In this document: in pieces, positions 61,582 to 64,000 of the stretch | How positions within the stretch are numbered: the first letter of the stretch is position 1 | Layout: each line of letters opens with the position of its first letter | NCBI GenBank assembly: GCA_043228905.1 | Contig: JBHGNT010000008.1 | Span: 4,898,001-4,962,000, forward strand | DNA length: 64,000 nt | Origin: Azolla caroliniana | Lineage: Eukaryota > Plantae > Polypodiophyta | Direction: 5' to 3' | Notes under the pieces: generated by a model | Database searches by the model: none | The model's input: the letters and a program-made list of their open reading frames with translations, nothing else | Told to the model about the DNA's origin: nothing | Translations under genes and position numbers: made by a program

Positions 61582-63532
61582 TATGACGGAGCGATGACGC
61601 GAGGAACAAGAGCATAAAGATAGAGATGAAGATCAAGGAGAGAGGATGGGCGAAATGGGAATACTAGATTGATATGTCCATGACTGGCGTTGTTCACCTT
61701 GAATTCCTTCAAGGTGAACTCAACTATTTATACTAAGTGGCATGCATACCTGTTGCACGCATGTGATACAATAGAGCATGTAGGCAGTAGGTACGCATGC
61801 ATGTGCCAAGTGTTAATAATACAAGGGAGAAATTATGCACATGATGCTAGCTAAAACCTACAATGAGGAAGTATATACATGATTATATGCTAGATGTGTG
61901 GTTAACACATAACACTCGATTACAACATGGTTATGTCAAGAGTTCGAATCTTGACATTATCCCCCCTCCAACGATGCCTTCCCAAATCGTTTGTCAGCTT
62001 AAGGGGATATTGTTGATGAAAAACTTAGATCACCTCCAAAGTATTTTGTAAACCCTAGACAAGGAGTAACCCTTCCACAAGACGAGGTATTTAACACCAA
62101 CGGGCATGAGCGACCATGTGTGGTCCTCGGCTAGAACTGGAACACAAACATCAACGGGTGTGAGCGACCATGTGCGGTTCTCACGGGGAGCATGAACACC
62201 AAGGGGCATGAGTAACCATGTGAGGTCCTTGCCAGGAATTGGAACGGTCCTCGCTGAGAGTTGGAACACGAACACCAACGGGGGTGAGCAACCATGTTGT
62301 CCTCACCGAGAAATGGAACACGAACGGGATTAATCGACCATGTGTGGTCCTCACCAAGAACTGGAACATGAACAACAACGGGCATGAGCGACCATGTCGG
62401 TCCTCACCGGGATCTAGAACACGAACAATAGTTGGAGTGAGCGACCGTGTGTGGTCCTCACCGGAGACTGGAACACGAACGAGAGTGAGCGACCATGCGG
62501 CCCTCACCGGGAACATGAACACGAACGGGAGTGAGCGGTCATGTGCGGCCCTCACCGGGAATAGGAACACGAACAGGCGTGAGCGACCATGCGGCCCTCA
62601 CTGGGAACTCGAACACGAACACCAACGGGAGTGAGCGACCATGTGCGGTCCTCACCTGAGACTAGAACACAAACGGGAGTAATCAACCATGTGTGGTCCT
62701 CACCGGGAACTAGAACATGAACAACAACGGGCATGAGGAACCATGTCGGTCCTCACCGGGATCTGGAACACAAACAATAGTTGGAGTGAGTGACCATGTG
62801 TGGTCCTCACTGGAGACTGGAACACCAACACCAACGGGCATGAGAGACCATGTTGGTCCTCATCGAGAGTTGGAACACGAACACCAACGGGCGTGAGCGA
62901 CCATGTGTGGTCCTCACCGAGAACTGGAACATGAGCCGCAATGGGCATGAGTGACCATGTTGGTCCGCGCTGGGATGTGAACATGAAAAATAACTGGAGT
63001 GAGCGACCATGTGCGGTCCTCACCGGAGACTGGAACACGAACGGGAGTGAGCGACCATGCAGCCCTCACCGGGCACAAGAACATGAATGGGTGTGAGCGA
63101 CCATGCGGCCCTCACCGGGAACTCGAACACGAACGTGCGTGAGCGACCATGCGGCCCTCACCGGGAACTGGAACACGAACGGGCGTGAGCGACCATGCGG
63201 CCCTCACCGGGAACTGGAACACGAACACCAACGGGAGTGAGCGGCCTTGTGTGGCCCTCTCCGGGAACTAGAACACGAACACGAACAGGAAAGAAACTAA
63301 AAAATAGAGACAATGATGAGGAGAACTAAAAGCCAATGAAAATTATGAGAAGAAACTAGGAGATAAAAACAACGAGGAAGATAGGAAATGAAGCGATGTT
63401 GATGATGGTACGGTGACGATGGTAACTCTAGAAGCAAAGGCGATGACGAAGACGGGTGATGCTTCTAGTTGGAAGGTGAACAAACTGTCACGGACACACC
63501 AAGTGCGGACTAAGACGGAGCACGGATGATGA
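61582..63532 (-). mobile_element. Non-autonomous Tcn1-like chromovirus derivative with tandem-array interior
   Basis: 3' LTR ~61582-61956 homologous to 32849-33201, PPT 61960-61969, chromodomain remnant KYLVLWKGY 62030-62094, same PBS at 63473-63483, 5' LTR edge TGTCACGGA at 63486. Confidence 0.8.
62095..63285. repeat. Tandem array of ~26 units of ~41-49 bp
   Basis: GTGAGCGACCATG(TG)CGGYCCTCACCGGGAACTGGAACACGAAC(ACCAAC)GGG. Confidence 0.92.
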
Positions 63533-64000
63533 GGCTTTTAGTTCTCCTCATCATTGTCTCTATTGTTTAGTTTCTTTCCCGTTCGTGTTCGTGTTCTAGT
63601 TCCCGGTGAGGGCCACATGGTCTCTCACGCCTGTTCGTGTTCCAGTTCCCGGTGAGGGCCGCATGGTCGCTCATGCCTGTTCGTGTTCCAGTTCCCGGTG
63701 AGGGCCGCATGGTCGTTCACGCACGTTCGTGTTCCAGTTCCCGGTGAGGGCCGCATGGTCGCTCACGCACGTTCGTGTTCTTGTGCCCGGTGAGGGCCGC
63801 ATGGTCGCTCACTCCCGTTCGTGTTCCAGTCTCCGGTGAGGACCGCACATGGTTGCTCATGCCCATTGCAGCTCATGTTCCAGTTCTCGGTGAGGACCTC
63901 ACATGGTCGCTCACGCCCGTTGGTGTTCGTGTTCCAACTCTCGGCGAGGACCAACATGGTCTCTCATGCCCGTTCGTGTTCGTGTTCCAGTCTCTAGTGA
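63533..64000. repeat. Inverted copy of 62807-63334 (continues beyond the window)
   Basis: GGCTTTTAGTTCTCCTCATCATTGTCTCTA is the reverse complement of 63305-63334; array units follow in reverse orientation. Confidence 0.9.

Noticed and set aside
62095-64000. CRISPR-like array or hammerhead retrozyme
   Set aside because: Linkers are homologous rather than unique spacers and there are no cas genes. CCGGUGA-stem-GCUC lacks the CUGANGA/GAAA hammerhead core.

Overview
Eukaryotic plant nuclear DNA. It is probably from a large-genome non-seed plant such as a fern, inferred from its Tcn1-like chromovirus and RTEX-like LINEs. The first 2.3 kb holds the last two coding exons of an F-box/Sel1/MYND zinc-finger gene (At1g67340/At5g50450 family). 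From about 7.2 kb onward the window is a nest of transposable elements resolvable by LTR, TIR and TSD matching. The six-level nest runs Copia C > Copia B > Copia A > 20-kb non-autonomous hAT > two head-to-tail RTEX-like LINEs > non-chromoviral Gypsy with a large extra ORF. Also present are a self-priming chromovirus with apparently identical LTRs inside Copia B, a second inverted copy of the Gypsy inside Copia C, a deleted Copia-C derivative, a solo LTR with 54-bp repeats, an old Gypsy, and a non-autonomous chromovirus whose interior is a hairpin array duplicated as an inverted repeat. Most interesting: (1) both divergent LINEs have ORF1 and ORF2 in one frame, separated by a single leaky-type stop (UAG-GGA or UGA-CGG), suggesting readthrough, and they share a covarying 3' hairpin; (2) the Gypsy lacks a polypurine tract, has RNase H D>N in both copies, and carries a ~1000-aa coiled-coil ORF3 with a candidate internal promoter; (3) the hairpin-array element. 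All alignments and folds were done by eye.
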